From Octopus vulgaris (Eukaryota), in contig OX597821.1 in assembly GCA_951406725.2 (NCBI GenBank), forward strand, positions 88,970,001 to 89,034,000: a stretch of DNA of 64,000 bases, in the 5' to 3' direction. Made by a program: the position numbers and the translations under genes. The notes under the pieces are model-generated. The model was not told the origin of the DNA and ran no database searches. It saw nothing but the letters and a program-made list of their open reading frames with translations. Numbering within the stretch: the first letter of the stretch is position 1; each line of letters opens with the position of its first letter. Below, piece after piece: positions 12,482 through 25,551 of the stretch.

Positions 12482-13444
12482 TCAGAGGATTGTGTGCATA
12501 TAAATGCATTTGTGTTTAACTGTGCGTTGGTGTAATTGTGTACAACATAGTTTCTGCTACTCTGTCTCTCTCTTATTTTGTTACCTTTTAAATTTAACCT
12601 ATCATTAGAACGACTGTTCTGTTATATGTATTTTTAGGCGTATTATTACTATATATTTTTCTGTTCAGTCTTCCTCACCTCACTTTAAACCATTGTCTTA
12701 GCACCATTTCTTTCTATCTTTGTTTAATATATACGTCACTAAAGTGAACAAGAGCACTAATCAGCACCAGTATTGCTAGAAATAAGAGTCAAAACAACTC
12801 AATAGTCACAAGGGAGACGGGAGAGAGAGAGACGGAGAAGGGGAGAAACGGAGAGAGAGCCGGAGAGAATAACATATATATATTATATAATATATTTGTG
12901 TGAGTATTGTCCTTTTTATATATTTAGTGGTTGTATAGTTCTAGCACCCACCTACAAAATCACATACAACCACATACTGACAAGGGAGAAAAGCTTCCTA
13001 CGGTCGCAGATATAGCCAGATCATCGATAATTTCGTATTTTGATGTTTAATACGTTTCAATATATGTAAATGTATATGTTTGAATCTGTATATATCCATC
13101 CTTTTCTAGCCTACCTAGTCTATCATTCTCTCATAGATACTTCCTATTCCCCAAATCATTCATGTAACTCCAGTTTTACCCTGGTTATTCTCAGCTGGAG
13201 AACTAAGTCGACAAATGATTTTTCACCAATATTTATACTGACTAATTTGTGCCAACGTTGACACACACCAGTTTCTTTGGATTCTGAATTTCACTCTCTT
13301 TCAGCGATATGTAAATGAGGTGATATTTTACTTATGAATTAGAATTTTGAAGCAGAACTTCAAAATATTGCTAGTTTTGCAACTTGGGTAGCTCCACACA
13401 AGATATACTTAAGTACTGCAGTGTGCTCTGCCGAGTCTGACAGC

Positions 13445-13773
13445 AACCATATCACGTGACCACGTGCTATGGTGATCACATGACCGACCAGACATTCAGA
13501 TGTTGTTACACATCGCTGGTCACAATGGGCTTCGCATTGTTTTAGCCTTCGAATGACACCACCCCGCTGGCTAAGCGAGCAGGCCAACAGAAGAAAGAGT
13601 GGGAGAAAGAGTGGTGAAACAGTACAGCAGGGATCACCACCTCCTGCCGGAGCCTCATGGAGCCGTTAGGTGTTTTCGCTCAATAAACACTCACAACGCC
13701 CGGCCTGGGAATCGAAACCACGATCCTACGACCGCGAGTCCGCTGCCCTAACCATTGGACCATTGCGCCTCCA
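13445..13773 (-). mobile_element. tRNA(Arg)-like SINE, family C
   Basis: Minus head TGGAGGCGCAATGGTCCAATGGTTAGGGCAGCGGACTCGCG, B-box GTTTCGATTCC; parts recur at 31027, 38233, 50999. Confidence 0.85.
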
Positions 13774-14879
13774 CTGAAATTAATATGATTTTAGCTAGGT
13801 TAGTTACTATCCCTTGAGATCCAGATTTGTAAGGGTCTTAGCGTAGTTGATATGGTTGCTGGTCATACGCAGTAATTTGAAGGTCATATTTTAAGAGAAA
13901 CATGGTGAAAGTTTCATACGGTGTGATTCAACAATGGTTGCACGACGGGGTTTGCGTGTAAGTATTAAAAACAAACACTGCTGAACCGATGAGAAATAGA
14001 TGAAGTACATAAAGGCATTTTGAGCTCTGGTTGTAAAAAAAACTGCAGAGAAGCTGATACCATTGCAGTAGATATAGTAGAGACATCGAAAATCACGTTA
14101 TTTTGTGTCAGTAGGTTAGTTATGTGTTGGTTATGGAAGCATTCTCATTCTACCTCTTTTAATTTGATCCTAAATCACTTCACACTCTTAATTGAATCTT
14201 CACAAGCAATTGAGAACGTTACTTCGCATTTCTTCAACAGTTGAAAGTGTCACCCACTCACACTCATATGACAACTTAGATGATAGGGAAGTATTCGCCC
14301 ATGTAAACTTAAATACGTTATGTTTGCAGAAAAGACCGTTGTGAATGCATTTGATAACGTCTGCCGGATCAGGTAAGTAACAATAATATCTTTCTTAGCC
14401 ATTTCAGTGAGTCATATTTCCTCGCCGATACGCCTATGTATTCCTTGTAACAGCTGGGGCAACAAAAGCAGCAGCAGCAACAACAACTGCAGCAGCAGCA
14501 ACTGCGACTATTCTACTACCTGTCGTCTGGTAATACCGAGAAGACCTTATAACGACATAAACTTTATCACTTGAAACACGAGAGAACAACTTGATTTTGG
14601 TGTAACATGAAATGAAATAGAGATAAGGACTCTTTAGCCGTGAAAGTATTTTAATAATTTGCATAACTGAGTGCAAATTTCTCCTTAGAACTGGAGAAAG
14701 CAATCAAAAGGACCTCTTTTATATTACACACGATCGCTGTAAATGATTTTAGCTGTAATGGATGCAACATCATTTATAGATATATTTTAATAACAACAAA
14801 TCATTTATGTATGACTCGGGTAAGAATTGAACCGACATCATTAACATTCTTACTAAAACCATTAACTGTTGGACTTAGG

Positions 14880-15250
14880 TGCTTTAATTTTCGTTAATGA
14901 CTTGTCTCATGCTATATAATTCTGTATGGTGCATTAATTTACAGTTGATATAAATCTATTCATTACTCTTAGATAAGTCTCTTAAAACTATTTGCAAAAG
15001 AATTAATATTGAGCTAAAACTGCTGTGCCGTTGCTTAAATGCAAATAAAATTTCCGTTAATGTGTGTAAAACAGAATATATCCTCTTTCATCACCGATCT
15101 AAAGCTATAAATTAGAGAAAGTAAATTTGAAAGTCAATGGTAGATATTATACTAAAATACGAATATCGAGTAGCTAAGAGGAAATATATATGAATGTAGA
15201 ATCTCTTACAGCTGAACACAGCTAATGGCACACTCAGCAAAAATTAGATT
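14880..15250 (+). pseudogene. Decayed LINE (CR1/L2-group) reverse transcriptase fragment
   Basis: IFVNDL...FTVDINL (degenerate INDL..FADD) then INIELKLLCRCLNANKISVNVCKTEYILF, with stops. Confidence 0.6.
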
Positions 15251-18119
15251 CTATGAGTCCCCTGACAGATTTCTGTCTGATAATTCGACTTTTCTCTTTG
15301 TTTCTCTCATGGTGTGTTGGTCATCTGACGAAGAAACGTACGATCAAACAGAAAACTGTGACACATTTTAGAAATGCTGTTTAAATACATATCGCCTGAA
15401 GTTTTTGAACTACAAGATATATTAAAAACGACAAGATATATTGAAAACCTACACAAATGTAACGTGAGAAAAAAGGTTATTATACTTAACTAGAAAACTA
15501 TTATTTATTATAAAGAATTAGACGTTTTCAAACCCCAGTATCTTGTGCTTAATATATTTTGTGTGCACTTTAGGGATACTTCTACATGAAAAGTAAAAAA
15601 ACAACCGGCTTGGTGTAAATTTCACCTTGATAAAGAAAAGTGATGTAGAATATGAGCGAGAGAGAAAAAGAAACAGAGAGAAAGAAAGAAAGAAAGAAAG
15701 AAAGAGAGGGAGAGAAGAAGGAGTGAGAGAGCTTTAGTTTAAAAAGAAAACTGAGACCATACATGCGTGTTATTAGTAATGAGCGGAAATTACTAAGAAA
15801 CTTAAGGTCATGAAAATCTCGGCACTTGAGTTACTTTGCAAATTCCGTCAATAAAAACTTAAGTATATAGATATTACTACAAACACACTTACTTAGAAAA
15901 ACCATATAACATGGTCGATATGACTTAAAGTTTGTACATTCAGTACGCACCACACTGGGAAAGTTACAATAGTGCACGGGAACAAAGCTTGTGTCAGACT
16001 GCAATTTTTTTCTGATATTTTGCTGACTAGATAGGTTTAACCTTGTGTTTTACATCAAAGCTTCAACAAAAATGGCGGTGCCCCAGCATGGCCACAGCTC
16101 ATGAGCTGAAACTAGAATCAATCAATCAAAGAATAATAACTTAAGGATGAAGCATGTTTCCATATCAAAATCCCAAAATTAGAGCTTGCTACGTATTTAG
16201 AGGTTGGCACTTGGATGATGAAAATTTGTGAAGAATACGATGTTCAAAGTGTGTACATTTTGGACCTAGGAATGCTTAAGCATAAAGTCACTGCATTATA
16301 CGTAATAATGATGCAACCTATAGATTATCATCTGTTGGTGCAAGGAAGTGTATGAGAGTTGCATGAGAATTGCACATCTATTGAGAAGGCAGTGACATCC
16401 TGATTTATCTATTAAAGATGCTTTGGTAACAAGATCTGTGGTTTAGCAATTCAAAATGCTGCTTTCATTACAACTATGCATATGGGCAGTGAGAATTTTA
16501 GAGCTAGTGATGGACAGCTTTGGTGATTTAGAAATTGCCATGAAATAGATAATATAATTACTCTTGGTAAAGCTGGCGATACACCGAAGAAATCAAACCC
16601 TTCAGGAAGAGTTTAAATTACTTAATTAATTATAAAGTGTTCTCAGTTTCCTACGATTATAATGAGGATGTATCTGGCAACACATTTCTGCAATACTCAA
16701 GATTTTAAACATGAAGGTAGTAAATTAATTAAGAACTGCTTGTTTGTAGTGTAATCTTAAATTGAGACAGGCAATATACCCACTTTAAAGTTCGTAGCGG
16801 TATAGAGATAAGTTTGTTTTGTAGGACATGACGTACCAGCGACTATTGCAATATTACCATTCCTGAAATTCGAGTTTCAGCATCCATATCGTTAACGAAT
16901 GTTTCTTTTTCAATCCTCAGAGTTTCTTATACTTGGATGAGGTACCACTGATTTGTAACAACTCACCTGCAGGTCCAGGCATTCACTGACTTTTCCTTAC
17001 TGATGGTAAAATTGGCTGCATATTCGTGGCACTTAGTCTTACCTTCACGATCCAACCAATAGTTGAATATATAATTGCAAATAATGAAAATAGATTGATG
17101 AAAGTTCCATAGATATAGAAGAGGGCGATCTTATGGAAGACACGCACCAGTGAACTCTAGGATAAATGGAAACACCGAAAACATTAAGCCAGCAATATTC
17201 AGTTTAGTAGCTTCATATATTTACTGACGAGTATCAATGTGACCGATGCTGGAAAAATTCTTATGTGGAATGTGGAATACAATTTTGAAGGTTCTGATGC
17301 AAGTGGTTTTCACCAAATACTTCAGGGAGCAGGTGAAATCTATTTCACAAAAGAAAACATCAGAATCTAATAAGAAAATATTAGTGTAACCCTAGACACG
17401 AAATGTTAACAGCAGCAGAAATAACAGATAATGTTTTAAATCCTTGTTCTTGACAGCAGAGCTAGTGAAAATGTTGCAGATGACGAAACATTGCTGAGGA
17501 AACTAACACTCGCTATCCCTTCCTACATTGACTTGACAATAAGTGATAGACATTACCATTATCAACACAAAAACCTTTAGAGACTTAATTATTCAAAATT
17601 AACATTGAAAAGCAAACAATTGATATTCGACTCATTCTTCAAGCCAATTCGTCTAACTCAGCCGTAAGGTAAGAATTTTTGGGGTCTAGTGGGGACCTGT
17701 TGTATATCGCAAATTATTTTTACGAACAAAAAGTCTTCACTAAACTCTAGTCTGCCTGAGGCTGAGTGAAAATATTATTCACTTAATTGTAAAAATTATT
17801 GGTTTGGTGGGCGTATCCTGCCAAAAATTTTGTTTGAAAATAGTGTTGTTCCTGTTAAGAAGTAACTACAAGAAAATTGGAATGATTTTTTTAACTGTTT
17901 TACAATTGTGTTAAATTTAGGCCTGGAGTACCAAGTGACCTTTGCTGTGTTTTGAACTGTTAGTCTCTCTTCTTCTATCTTTGATTAAAAAAAAATTTTT
18001 TGAACTGTTAATTTTTTCTCTCTCCTTTCTTTTGTTTGGACTTTTTTCCTTTTCCTTCTTTTTCTTTAATTATTTTATATTTTAACAACTGTATTTTTTG
18101 ACTCTTTTAAAAAAGAAAC

Positions 18120-19290
18120 ATGGCAAATAACCACGAAAAGTTGGTGGAGTGGGAAATTACACCACCCAAAAAATGGTTAAAAGAACTTGAAAATAAGACG
18201 GTGGTTTTGGAGGACCTACTCTAGGATCCTTGATCCCATTGCCGTTTTCAGAAAGGATATAATCGAAAGCGAGCTGGCAGAATTTAAGCCAGCGATTACG
18301 TATTTCATTCGGGGGGTCAAGAAGGCAACCGTGTGGTTGTTGTTTGACTCCCCAGAAGTGGCCTGTGAATTTGCAATTCAGACCCTGGAGGGTAATGAAA
18401 TTTTGTTTCTTCTCACTTATTGAGGGAAGAGTTTAACGAGGGCTTGTGTTTGCGGCTTGCCACCCGGAGTTGAGCCCCAGTGGATAGGAGATACTATCCG
18501 CCGGAGTCTGGGTGGCAGTAGGACCAAGCTCCTCAGCGTAAATATTCTGCCTGGGAGGGGTCAAAAGCTGTTTTGACCCTATGGACCTAGTCAACCGAAA
18601 GTCTGGTATTTCCAGACTTTTTGAGAAAGGCCGAGTCTAAATATCCGGTGATTCTTGAGGAAAGCTCCCCCCCACCAAGTGCCATCGGTGCTTGAAGCCT
18701 GGCCATATAAGAAAGAACTGTTCTCAAGTTGACAGAGACCTCTGTACAGGAGGAAATGAAGGCGGCCGAAGAGATGGAGCACTCCCCAAAGAAGAGCCGC
18801 AAAAGGAAGAAGGAGATCAATAATGGGTTCTCCCCGAAGAATCCTGGGGATAAGGGAGGAAAGGCGAATTTCCAGGTCACGGAGAAGACGCATCCTCCAC
18901 CAGTCGAGAAGAAAAAAAAGAAAGAGGAGGAGAAACGGGACATTGCTGGCAGTCGGAAACATGACGCCGGAGTGTCACGGAGCCTCGTCGGTTATTCCAC
19001 CGGAGAGAGGGAGAGACCCCGTTGGCGGGAGTTGTGCCACCAGCGGTAGAATTAACCGACCCGGACCCGATGGACCAGAAACTGTTGGTCTTCTTTTATA
19101 GAGGCGGAGAGGTGGAAAAGATAGTGAAAGAACACTACGAGGGAATACCTTTGGTCTTCACACAGGACCTCGAATTGCCTCCGCAGATAGCTGTGGAAGT
19201 CATAACGTTGCGCCTGTTTATGATGCTGGACGGACTAAAAGGAATATTGCTCGTGGCAGGGTGACACCAACTCGGACCTCGCCGTGATTT
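18120..19290 (+). pseudogene. Tx1/L1-like ORF1 (gag-like) remnant with CCHC zinc knuckle
   Basis: CHRCLKPGHIRKNC (CX2CX4HX4C) at 18680-18721 after YPVILEE, followed by a K/E-rich linker; frameshifted; GC-richer than flanks. Confidence 0.65.
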
Positions 19291-19659
19291 TAAACGAAGC
19301 ATGGGTTATGGCGGATTACACGGACACAAGCGGTTATGAGGTGGAAAATTGACAAGAGGTTGAAAAGCCTCAGAGTTATAAAGTGTAAGAGGCCCAGCGC
19401 CTCATTTGGAAATGGACTAGTGTTGATTGTATATTGAATACTTTTGCATGTTAATATATGTAATGGACAATTAAGTCCCAAAACTGTAAAAGCTGTTGTG
19501 GGAGCTTCAATAACTCGCTTTGTTTATTCTGTTTTAAAAAAACAACAACAATGACTTAGAGAAGGAGAAAATCGGCGTTCGTTTTTGCCTTCTCTCATCA
19601 ATATTATCCTTATTTCATCATTCACCTCATCAATGTATATGTCCAGCTCGCAGCTACTC

Positions 19660-20071
19660 ACAGCAGAATTCACATTTGCGATGTTTTTCTCAGTTCTCCT
19701 GTTTGCAGGCCCCCAGAACGTTTGTCAACATCGACATTTATTCGGACGTCTTGGAACCACTCATAGACTCGTGTGCGGTAGATTTGTGAGCGGCTCATAC
19801 ACTTCTTTCCACAAAGTTTCTTCAGCTCGACGTAGGCCTCTGAACAGGTATTGCCATGACAAATTTCTGTCATAGTCAATGCGACGATCACACGCTACAC
19901 ACCTTCCTTTCGAGAACTGCTGTAAACATCAGAAGTGAGATAGAACGCTAAAACATAGTGCACATGCACAGCAGAATGTTAGGTCAATCTGTGCCAAGCG
20001 GTTTTATTTTGCATGCTTTAGCTTTGTTTCTATGCCTAGAGTCCGGATACTTATTGATCAAACAATGCATA
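19660..20071 (-). mobile_element. Mariner 5' fragment (N-terminal HTH + probable TIR)
   Basis: ORF 19670-19891: KCMSRSQIY..VYEWFQDVRINVDVDKRSG; TIR-like ccggatacttattgatcaaacaatg near 20043. Confidence 0.7.
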
Positions 20072-20725
20072 TAGATGTATGTTTGTTTGCATTTAAATAT
20101 ATATTTTTACATTTGCATTTTCATACAGTGACGAGTCTAACAAGGTAAATTGCCTGCAAACTGACATTGCAATGTTATGTTATTAAAACTTAAGATCATT
20201 TGGAAAAGGTATGTTGAAAAGGAAAATGATATTACTCCTCTTAAAATTACCGTAGCTTTATGGTGAATCGTTGGGTTTTAGTACCAGGTCAGATGAATGG
20301 AATATTAACTATAACGATCCAGATTTTCTTCAATACATAATATGACAGCAACATATTATCCAACACCTTCCATTTCTAAAATAGTAGGTGTGATATTTTA
20401 GTAGTTATAATATATTCCAAGGATCGCATGTAAGGGTTTATGCGTGTGATTGAGTGTCACTAGGTATACGCGCGGGTTCGTGTTGCTAGGCAATTAGTAT
20501 TTAGATTTAGGTGATTAACTTAGAGTTAAGTTCATAAACAAAATATTTGGAGTGAGCTCTACAAGATTAAACCCTCCTCGAAAATTACAGGAAACTAAAA
20601 TAACATTCAGCACATAACTAATTAAGCGTATCTTATGCATAGATATATATATATAAGGATTGTTGCTTTTGTTCTTAGAGCGAGCTAATTCTTAGCTCAC
20701 GTTTACATGAATATATATATATATA

Positions 20726-21316
20726 TATATTATATTGAGGGTACTACTTTTCGTAGATACCAACACGCTAAGAGGGACCAATGCGGTCAAAACTACTAAA
20801 AATAAACAAAATTTTACCGAATGCAAAACTTCAAAACACATAATTTTAAAAAAGAATTCAGTTACATACCACATGTGATTTCGCATTTAAATGCAGAATA
20901 TGCATTTCTATGTTCATCAGTGCAACAAACTCAAGAAATATAATAGAAAAACATAACATTACAAGCTCGATAGCCAACCGTAGAATTCGTCGTAGCATGT
21001 CAGAATGTTTATCTTTACATATCTATGAAAATGGCGGGCTCATTCGCAATGCATTTCGGTTACAAATTGTCTATTCGGAATAAAAATTCAGTATTGAACT
21101 ATTCCGGTGGAAAATATAAATTAACAATTGAGGATAAAATCTTTAAAAGAAATTATCAGTAGTCAGCGTGAAAAACCTCGTAAGAGAAAAAATCCGTAAA
21201 TTCTTCCTCTTTGAAAATATTCATTTATATTATATTGAGGGTACTACTTTTCGTAGATACCAACACGCTAAGAGGGACCAATGCGGTCAAAACTACTAAA
21301 AATAAACAAAATTTTA
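20726..21316 (-). mobile_element. Penelope-like/retrozyme-type element: 500-bp unit plus 91-bp terminal direct repeat
   Basis: 20726-20816 identical to 21226-21316; TA-rich flanks; contains the HHR at 20861-20926. Confidence 0.7.
20861..20926 (-). ncRNA. Type I hammerhead ribozyme fold
   Basis: GUUGCA CUGAUGA [ACAUAG AAAUGCA uauuc UGCAUUU AAAUGC] GAAA UCACAUGUGG UA^ UGUAAC; 6-bp stem I; palindromic CACAUGUG stem III. Confidence 0.7.
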
Positions 21317-21368
21317 TATATGTATGTGTGTGTGTGAATATGCGCAATATATGTGTAAATATACATAC

Positions 21369-21423
<55 letters not shown>

Positions 21424-21831
21424 GGCGCAGGAGTGGCTGTGTGGTAAGTAGCTTGCTAACCAACCACATGGTTCCGGGTTCAGTCCCACTGCGTGGCATC
21501 TTGGGCAAGTGTCTTCTGCTATAGCGCCGGGCCGACCAATGCCTTGTGAGTAGATTTGGTAGACGGAAACTGAAAGAAGCCTGTCGTATATATGTATATA
21601 TATATATATGTATGTGTGTATGTTTGTGTGTCTGTGTTTGTCCCCTTAGCATTGCTTGACAACCGATACTGGTGTGTTTACGTCCCCGTCACTTAGCGGT
21701 TCGGCAAAAGAGACCGATAGAATAAGTACTGGGCTTACAAAGAATAAGTCCCGGGGTAGATTTGCTCAACTAAAGGTGGTGCTCCAGCATGGCCGCAGTC
21801 AAATGACTGAAACAAGTAAAAGAGTAAGAGT
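21424..21831 (+). mobile_element. SINE family A
   Basis: Near-identical to 2374-2756. Confidence 0.92.
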
Positions 21832-21833
21832 AT

Positions 21834-21920
<87 letters not shown>

Positions 21921-21921
<1 letters not shown>

Positions 21922-22288
21922 GTTTCTTTATTGGCCACACAGGGCTGCACACAGATGGGACAAGTTACAATGTAGACCTTTTCTTTTGGGGGATGAAAGA
22001 AAAAAAAATTAAAAAACAAGTGGCGTAGGATCAAAAGGGATCGTAAAAGGGGGAAAAAAAGGAAAAGGGAAGTGAAAAAAGGGAAAAGGAACAAAAGAAA
22101 AGAAAAATGGAAAAAGAAGAAAAAAGAGGAAAAAACTGGGAAGAGGAAAAAAAAACGATCAATAGAGATCGTGTATCACAGTGTCATGATGTATGGTGTA
22201 AAGGGGTAAGCAAGTAAGGTTTATCCGTGGAAGAAAAGCCTACGAAAAAGACCACGGTAACCTTGGTCAATATTGTTATATGTTACCA
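21921..22288 (-). mobile_element. LINE-like 3' end inserted in a (GATA)n tract
   Basis: (GATA)n on both sides; minus strand is pyrimidine-rich and ends GCCAATAAAGAAACT; clade not determined. Confidence 0.5.
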
Positions 22289-22311
22289 GATAGATAGATA
22301 GATAGATAAAT

Positions 22312-22408
<97 letters not shown>

Positions 22409-22689
22409 TACGTATGCATGAGTTTGAACATATGTGATAGAAATAATTTAAACAAAAGAGAGCTCAGTGTCTACGATTTGAATAAGCTAATATATTTAGT
22501 AAATAGCCGGATTACCCTCTTTAAAAACACTACAACTAATAGTTTCAGCATTGCAGGCTCCTCGGATAACAATTCAGATCAATTCATACAAGTTGAATGA
22601 TTCTAATTGTAAATATAAAAGATTACATGTCTACTTAGAACGGTAAAGATCTCATCAGAAATATAACTGAAACTTGATCAGCCTATCAG

Positions 22690-22779
22690 GACATACATAC
22701 ATACATACACACACACACATATATATAAGTATATGTACATACATGTGTATATATATACATATATATATATATATATGTA

Positions 22780-22811
<32 letters not shown>

Positions 22812-22815
22812 TTAC

Positions 22816-22848
<33 letters not shown>

Positions 22849-22922
22849 TATATGCATATATGCATATATATATATATATATATATGTCTATATATGTATG
22901 CATGTATATATATATGTATATG

Positions 22923-22957
<35 letters not shown>

Positions 22958-23368
22958 GTGTGTGTGTGTGTGTATATATTCACTCATATATCTGTGCGTG
23001 TGTGTTTGTTTTTTGTATGTATGTGTGCTGTGCATGTTCACTTTCGTACACTGTATCCAGGCCGGTTGACCATTTTCTCAAGACGCAAAGAGTAAAAGAC
23101 GTAGCTTAACCATAAGATGTAGTTTCGTAAGCAAAGCTAAAAATAAACGTTTATTAAAAACAACTCTTTCTGTAAATTGAAGTCGAATCTATATCTATAT
23201 TAATGCTATGCTTCTAGTCATAACATATCAAATATGTGTGTGTGTATGAATCCGAGTCTAAGTGTTCTTCATATGTGCATATGCGCGTACACACACACAC
23301 ACACACCACACATATATGTCCATATACATGAATACCTACGTACATATACAACATACATATACATATGA

Positions 23369-23403
<35 letters not shown>

Positions 23404-23427
23404 CGTATATATATATGTATATGTATA

Positions 23428-23498
<71 letters not shown>

Positions 23499-23531
23499 CA
23501 TATACATATATATACATATATATATATATAT

Positions 23532-23598
<67 letters not shown>

Positions 23599-23620
23599 AT
23601 ATATATATATATATATACAC
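22690..23620. repeat. Two long TA/TACA/TG microsatellite mosaics
   Basis: Visible, with a short complex spacer at ~23040-23270. Confidence 0.9.
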
Positions 23621-24339
23621 CCATCTATAAATACCTACAAGTATATTTGTATGTATGCATATTATAAAACCATTAACTTCATTTTATCATAATCACCATC
23701 CTTACTACTACTACTACTACTACTACTAATACTACTACCACTACTACTTGTTTCTCTAAAGTTTCTCTTCGGTCCTCATGTTCGTCCGTACCTTTTCTTT
23801 CCATTTTTCACATTTTCTTTTCTTTATTTTTATATTTTGAAAACTACCATTTTATTCCCGCTCTGTATCTTAAATATCTTCGATCTAATATTTGTTGTAC
23901 TTTCATTTCATTAAAGCAATGGTGGAGTTTAGCAGACTCTTTGATATTTTGCCGAAAAGTAAACACTATATCAGAGATAATTCAATAATATAACTTCGGC
24001 AAGACAGTTTATTCAATTAGTACTTTATCTAATTTATTATAATGATACAATGTAATTTAATGTGATTAATATCTGGTGAAGAATTTATCAACTCGCTCAT
24101 GCCCTGAAAGCAAGGAAATAAAGTAAGTGCTTCCATGTCTATCTCTCCTTCTCACATATTATAAGTCTGACTATCTGGCTGATGCTTTCTCCTTCTCTTT
24201 ATCTCTCACACCCTTTTTCTTATTTTTCATTTTCTTCTCCTCCTTCTATTCCTTCATCTTCTGTATATATATCTAAATTTAATTATGCCTATTTATGTAC
24301 CTATCTATATTTCTAACGGTTTGTCCTACTATATGTCTG

Positions 24340-24491
24340 CATGTCTGTCTGTCTGTCTATCTATATATCTATCTATCTGTCTATCAATCTATCTATCTAT
24401 CTATCTATCTATCTAACTATCCATCCATCCATCCATCCATCCATCCATCCATCAATCCATCCATCCATCCATCCATCCAATCCATCCATCC

Positions 24492-24547
<56 letters not shown>

Positions 24548-24618
24548 GTCTGTATGTCTGTTTGTCTGTCTGTCTATCTATCTATCTATCTATCCATCTA
24601 TCTATCTATCTACCTACA

Positions 24619-24672
<54 letters not shown>

Positions 24673-24720
24673 CCTATCGATCTATCTATCTGTCTGTCTA
24701 TTTATCTATCTGCCTGTCTG
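24340..24720. repeat. (TCTA)n/(TCCA)n/(TCTG)n tetranucleotide mosaic
   Basis: Visible. Confidence 0.95.
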
Positions 24721-25357
24721 ACGGTCTGACTTTTGTCGGTTTGTTTCTCTATCCGTCTGTTCAGATCTCTTATATGAATGACTTTACATTTACCAATGTA
24801 TTTGTAATTAGATGTGTGCATGTATTGTATGCATGTATCTATATGTACATACATATATATATATATATATATATACACATACGTACACAAATTACATATA
24901 CATATACAAATAATACAACATACATGTGGTAGACGTGTGCATATGTATGTCTGGCTGGCTAAATGCTTTTTTTTCTTCATACATAATACATCACTTTATA
25001 TCTATTCATCTTTTTCCTTATCTCTATATCTCTCTAGCCACCTTTTATGCTTTATATTTTCGTGTACAGCTATACATGTTTTGTATTTTGTATGAGTATA
25101 CTAACACCTCGCTGCATATTTAGCACATCACCTATTTCTGCTTAATCTCTTTCTCTTTGTCTCACTATTCATTTTATCAAGCATTTTATTTCCGTTTCCA
25201 TCTATCTACCCTAATTATCTGTACCAATATCTATGCTTGTATGTTCATATATTTGTTCATGTATTTTTCCCCATTTTTGCATCTCCATCTCTATCTACAT
25301 ATATCGTTCTTTATTCATCTGTCTGTCTCTCCCTACCCCAAACTATCTATCTTTCTG

Positions 25358-25426
<69 letters not shown>

Positions 25427-25551
25427 TTGTCTATCTTTCCATCAATCTATCTATATCAATCACTTATTGTTACCTCATTCCATCAATAATATTTTTAAGT
25501 CTCAACGTGTCTCATTTCCTCATGTTATATCTCACTTTGTCACTTTATACA

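Noticed and set aside
15320-15362. CTGACGA AGAAACGTAC hammerhead-like string
   Set aside because: No stem II between the core and GAAA
16073-16128. Short match to the SINE A 3' end (ggcggtgccccagcatggccacag)
   Set aside because: About 50 bp only; cannot assign to the SINE or to a partner LINE
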